A DNA stretch of 64,000 nt, taken from Chiloscyllium plagiosum. Taxonomy: Eukaryota. The DNA lies in assembly GCF_004010195.1 (NCBI RefSeq), contig NC_057753.1, positions 7,250,130-7,314,129 of the forward strand, in the 5' to 3' direction. Positions within the stretch are counted from its first letter, which is position 1, and each line of letters opens with the position of its first letter. The notes under the pieces are model-generated. The model was not told where the DNA came from. It saw only the letters and a list, made by a program, of their open reading frames with translations, and did not search any database. Positions 62,176 through 64,000 of the stretch are shown in pieces. Made by a program: the position numbers and the translations under genes.

Positions 62176-63077
62176 TTAACGTTTAATGCAACTGGCTATT
62201 CTGGCAAAGCGACATAACATCACCTTTTGCAGTTCCTCGCGGAATTTATTTTGTGATACTGCGTAAATGAAGACATTGTTGCAGGAACTGACTAACTGAA
62301 GCAGGTTGGTCATCTCTTGAAGAATGTACCGTGGATTATTGAAATCCAGGCCAGTGAAGTATCCCTCGCCTGAAATTCGCACGTAGAGGAAGCGTCCAAT
62401 ATATGTGACCCACAGGAGAAGAAAGCTCATTGAGATGGCAAAAAGCATAATAATGGACCTCCTGCGTTTGGCCATCTCATGATCTTGTCGATGTTCGGTT
62501 CCCCTGAGCCTCTTGCGGGATCTGCTAGCCGCTATGATGTGTTTGACAGTAAAGGTGTTGAGCAACAGAATGAGGAAGAATGGGAGGAATGGGGTTAAGG
62601 TATGGTCAATCCAGTCGTAGACTTGCCAGACTGACAAAATGTAGTAACTGTCCTTGATACCGCAGAACCAAGGCACCCCATCCAGAATGTACAAGGGCTC
62701 GTGAATAAAGAAGTAAGGGACATTCTTGACGCAACTCATAGCACATATGATTCCGATGATTAGTGCTGCAGATTTCTCAGTGCAGTATCTGGTCTTCAGA
62801 CTCTGGCAGCAGATGGCCACAAAACGGTCGATGGTGAAAGCCACAGTCAGCCAGACTGAACCATCCCGTGTGGTATAAGCCAGCATACTGGTGACTGTAC
62901 ATCCAGGGGTGGTGGACAAGAGACTGTAGCGAAAGTAAGTGCCACCTATTCGGTTGAGGATCACGGCAATGACAATAACAAGGAAATCATTCACTGCTAT
63001 CATCACTAGATAGAAGGTGATGCAACGAGATAGTCCACACCGCCCTCGGGATAGAACTATGATCGCCAGCAAGTTGG
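62176..63077 (-). CDS. Divergent GPR139/GPR142-like GPCR, copy D, exon 2 (open); exon 1 probably beyond the window end
   Basis: The 298-aa ORF has LSRGRCGLSRC, WLTVAFTIDRFVAICC, PWFC, LTPFLPF, FLLLWVT and FIYAVSQNKFREEL. Acceptor tttttcatgtctcacag|CC AAC TTG gives the same phase-1 (A)-N-L junction. Confidence 0.88.
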
Positions 63078-64000
63078 CTGTGAGACATGAAAAAGCAAAG
63101 AATGTTATGAACAGACTCCAAGCAATAGCTACACTTCATCTGCACTGTTAGTGGAAAACGTCTGAACCATCACAAAGCCACCTGCATACTCCAATCATTC
63201 AAGGGTAGTTTTTTATTTATTTTATTGTCCTGATTTTTACTGTATACATCAATAGCATTTTCAACACCTCAAAGCGTTTCCTGATTTTAAAGAAGTCTAG
63301 AAGTATTTGAAGTCACCGCATACCTGCAATACTATGTGTTTTTTAATACTCGGAGATGAATGCATCCCTCAATCTGGGAAACGTGCTTATCCACCAAAGC
63401 TCTAAACTCGGGAGGAACCCATCTCCCCCCGCTACCTACTCCATGACTCACTTCTCCTTATTCACTAAGGCCATTTTTTATTACCGTTGCTCTTTTCAAA
63501 CTTTTTGGCCTAATATTATGCAGCTCCGTATGAAATATGTTTGTTAAAGCGACTTTCAGGTAGCCAGATGACACATACAGCAGTCATTGCAGAAAGAAGC
63601 CGAGATCCGCCTTTGTAAATGGCAACTGTATATAATCAACAAATATTGGCATTCACGCTGCCCAAAGTTAAGATGATCATTTGAAATAAAAAATAAATAA
63701 TGAAATTAAATGTTTGATGAATCTTGCAAGCCCAATCACACCTTCACAAAGGTTGCCAATTAATTCCAGAAATCACATTTAAAATGGAGACTGTCCAGTG
63801 GGAAAATTGTTATATTGTACACATTGCATACTTCCAGTGATCGAGCTTTGAATTGTTGAAATCCCTGAGTGAAGTGCTACATTGTAATTAATTTAATGAA
63901 TCGTTTACACTATCATAATATGTATCTCAACATGGTAATATAACCAGCAAAATTGATCACATGATTCCATGCTATTTGATTATCCCATATGATGGGAAAG

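Noticed and set aside
63078..64000. Exon 1 of copy D
   Set aside because: No ATG...CCNG|GT segment encoding a TM1-like peptide was found; it probably lies beyond the window.

Overview
Repeat-rich vertebrate genomic DNA, most likely from a cartilaginous fish (inferred from the HE1-like tRNA SINEs, CR1 LINEs and Penelope-like families). It has two assembly gaps (53835-54160, 60802-61579). The window is a tandem array of ~22.3 kb units. Each unit carries a minus-strand, two-exon class A GPCR of the GPR139/GPR142-like type: a 70-nt exon 1, a phase-1 intron at the P-A-N motif of TM1, and a ~900-nt exon 2. Copy A (3662-6517) is a pseudogene with an in-frame TGA and a 1-bp deletion. Copy B keeps only exon 1 (28759-28828) because exon 2 was deleted. 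Copy C (48472-51102) is intact and encodes 322 aa. A divergent fourth paralog has an open exon 2 at 62176-63077. The spacers hold CR1 LINEs, SINEs, decayed SCAN-domain Gypsy relics, and Penelope-like elements of Poseidon and Neptune type. Those elements and their ~210-220 bp non-autonomous derivatives carry at least 8 minimal hammerhead-ribozyme motifs, some intact and some decayed. Lineage-specific insertions, deletions, a 337-bp inverted duplication and a probable chimeric gene record the birth-and-death history of the array. All identity figures are by-eye estimates.
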